Source: Octopus sinensis (Eukaryota). Taken from it: 64,000 bases of DNA. Below the pieces are notes generated by a model. It was given only the letters and a program-made list of their open reading frames with translations. It did no database searches and was not told where the DNA came from. The DNA lies in the NCBI RefSeq assembly GCF_006345805.1, contig NC_043011.1:12152001-12216000 (forward strand), in the 5' to 3' direction. Position numbers and translations under genes: made by a program. This document shows positions 60,791-64,000 of the stretch, piece by piece; position 1 is the first letter of the stretch; the number at the start of each line of letters is the position of its first letter.

Positions 60791-62019
60791 AACAACAAGA
60801 ATGATTATAATGGTTTCAAATTCTGGCACAAGGCCAGCAATTCCGGGGGGAGGGGTTAAGTCGATTACATTAACCCCCAGAGCTCAATTAGTACTTATTT
60901 TATCAACCCTGAACGGATTGACACAGGCAGAATTTGAACTCAGGACGTAAAGATGGATAAAGTGCCGCTCAGTATTTTACCCGGCGTGCTAACGATTCTG
61001 CCAGCTCAGCGCCTTAATATAATATGATTGATTCTCCCGTCGAAGATGTTGTATGAATGTTCAGCTTTTTGCCCAACGGCCTGCATAAATGATTTGTTTA
61101 TAGAGACCAAAAGTTCATACTGTACATTAGCTCACTCTTGTCATCAGATTGATCTTGCCTGAACAGGTGCACGGTGTACCATGCGTCAGGTGTCGAAGTG
61201 GCTGCAGAGAAAACACAACGTACCGTTCGGTCTAGTGATTGAAACCACGATCCCGCATGCAACACCCTAACCACTAGGCAATGCGTTCCTGTAATATGAT
61301 ATAATATAATATAATATAATATATATAATATATTGGGGTTTGCCGTTAGTCGATAATATTGACTCCAGTACTTGACTGGTACTTTATTATATCGACACCG
61401 AAATGATGAAAGGTAAACTGACACCGGTGGGTTTTGAACTCATAACGTAAAGACCCGCAACGCTATCAGCTTAGAAGAACTACATAACAACTTGTAATGA
61501 TCCTCGATATGGCTAGGAAGAGTCACATAGAGTGATTCGGGTACCAGTGCACACACAATCACACAAACGAGCGCCCTTCCCATTAGCCTAAACATATTGC
61601 ATGATTGAAACCATTTCAACAAGCCAGTTTTTCTACTTTCACTTACCTTTCACAAATTTTATTGAATTTACCCTCATCATCATTTTCTTTACTCGCTATA
61701 TTATCCTAACTTCTCCATCTACTCTCACCTTCTTATTATTTACCTTCACCTCTTTCTTTACTTTACCCTCATTTCACTTCCGTCTTCATGAACTGAAGTG
61801 TTGGGTCGATTTCCGCAATACACCGGATCAGCCCCGCAAGTGATAACAGCTATTCGACATAAGCCCCAAAATCTACAATACACGCACACTGGACGAGTAA
61901 ATTACAAACGGTTAAGAAAATTTTGCTGTTGGTGGATCCAACATGACCATGCCTGTGATGTTTCTCCTTGTAATACAAGGCCAAAACTGTTTCTAGTCCC
62001 TGACTTGAAAGTCCTCTAT

Positions 62020-63170
62020 AAGTGATTACACAGACTGCCCTTGCCGATGAACAGACTTGCAACTAACGTTGTTCATATCCTCCACTATATAACCACACCA
62101 TCGGTATTCACATTTTCCACTAAATCTCTGTAAAATGCAGTTAGGTTCATAGCCATCAATTCACTGTGAAGAAAGTTCACCGCGAGGAAAGTTTAGAGAG
62201 AAATATATATCCATAGTATTTCACCATTGATAGTTTAAAACTATCTTATTATTAAAAACAGTGACTCGACGACAGTGAACTCACCGGACATGAAAATGCG
62301 TTGGTGGATGTTCCACAGGTAACAGTTCAGAAATTAATGAGCAGTGCGCGTCTGGCAACATTCCACTCGCCAAACTCACAATCACCCAACTGCAGTTCCG
62401 TCAAAGAAACTAGTTTCGGAAAATCACTATTCAGCTTAGACTTAGAATACCTACTTGTCTACTACCGCTTGAAATAGACGGCTGCCAAAACAGCATCGAT
62501 GAAACTCAGCATGTGACAAAGAAGGTTGTAGGGCAGGCCATCCAGTCCCGGCGATTTTCCCATCGCACAGCCATTCAGCAGATCTGCTACTTCATCAGCT
62601 CAAAATGAAATTATTTTTCACAAGATTCTGCGTCTTCAGCAGAGAGTTGTGGAAAATTGTCAAGATAGGTATCAAAGTCCGCTGGGTCTAGTTCACCAAA
62701 GAAAAGAAAAGAAAAAAAAACGAGAAAAAGAAAAATTTCGCTCTCACATTTGCTGGAATAGGACAGGTGCATTCGTTGCAATCTGCGAAAGATCAAGATT
62801 CGGTTTAGTGACCTCGATTTGCTTCCTTCGCCTTTCAGAAAACGTACCCTCATACGAGCAATGCATCCTTTGTGTTTAGTGACGAGGAAGTCGACAAGGA
62901 CCGTTGTCTTTTCTGATAACCTCTTCTTATCAATGTGCATACCCACCTCTTTTAATCTCCTGTTCTCCATCGATACATTTCTGATAAAACTAACAGATTC
63001 TGTTTTAATTTTAGTTTTTAACGAGACTCTCCTTCAGCTATTGATAATTGCACTTGTCAATTCTTTTTTGATAAATTCGCTAATCCGATCCGAGAACGTT
63101 TCCGTGCATGTCGAGAAATATGCATCGAGTTTCTCCAGGAATCGGGACCTTGTTTATTGATCTTGACTAA
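62020..63170 (-). mobile_element. Tx1/L1-like LINE RT fragment
   Basis: YLDNFPQLSAEDAESCEK, then GKSPGLDGLPYNLL and a decayed RQG-type motif near 62045. Confidence 0.65.
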
Positions 63171-64000
63171 GTTAACAGTACAGATCGAAAATCATTTGTC
63201 TATGTAGCTACAAGGCTAAGTATTTGAAAGGAGGAAACATTCTACTAGATCGATCTCCAGTATATGGTGCACACTTCTTTTAAGGAACCTATAAGGATGT
63301 AATTAGACCGTAATGGTTGAGAATTCAGGACGTACAAAGTTGTACAGGGTACGGCGCATATATATTTCCTCATTATTCATTTTATCATAAAATAAAAAGT
63401 TTTAGGTTTTGATCAATGAAATTTTACAGGTTGATTGTTATACTTATTGATATTTTTTTAGATATATTTACAGTTCAAAATGGCTATCCTTTGCTTTCCC
63501 CATAGGCCTTTATTCTTTACACCTGCCATTTTCAATGCTACAATTTGTTCACGTTTTGTTTGAGCCACCATATTTAATTAAGGGTAAACGATTAAACAAG
63601 GGAATGTTTAAACAATTAAACAAAAGGAAGCGTAAGTGAATGTAGCAGTAAGTAAATGTCACAAGACATTCTATACGCCACTCAACCGATTATGCCAAGT
63701 TAGAACAGCAACATCAATAATGATGATGATGATGACGACGACGATGATCATGACGATGATGATGATGATGATTCTGTTTGCCATTGCGGCATCTGATGAA
63801 AGGGGCATTACAAGAACAGTTTAAAATTCATTTGGTAATTTACATAAAAAGATGAGTGGAAGAAAGGGAGAGAAGAAGGAAATGAGAAAAAAAAAGTATT
63901 CATGGCATACAAAATAAGTGAAGACATGGATGATACAGTCCGCCTGATTCAGGAAAATCTCCAACTAGGCCTAATCAATGAGCCCCTCAGATCCAGGATC

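Overview
Repeat-dense, AT-rich eukaryotic genomic DNA, inferred to be from an octopod cephalopod (Octopus sp.). That inference rests on a cephalopod-type Post1 homeodomain and on the SINE/RTE landscape; it was not database-checked. The only clearly recognisable host gene is the homeobox-containing terminal exon of the posterior Hox gene Post1 (55414-55685, +). I could not confidently locate its first exon, and I saw no other homeobox in the window. The rest is mostly decayed mobile DNA: Penelope-like elements, two Gypsy remnants, RTE, Hero-like, R4/Dong-like and Tx1-like non-LTR fragments, a near-intact mariner, a Tc1, Helitrons, piggyBac- and hAT-type MITEs, several tRNA-derived SINE families and microsatellites. 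There is a 100-N gap at 46821-46920. The most notable observation is a set of type I hammerhead-ribozyme motifs in four different short repeats. One sits in a retrozyme-like insertion (35341-35780) with a 348-nt monomer, 91-nt terminal redundancy and a 14-bp TSD. Another sits in a tRNA-headed SINE arranged as a 434-bp fold-back (29669-30102). A head-to-tail composite Helitron dimer (30433-34216) has a CTAG|TC junction consistent with rolling-circle copying. All alignments and folds were done by eye, so boundaries of decayed elements are approximate.
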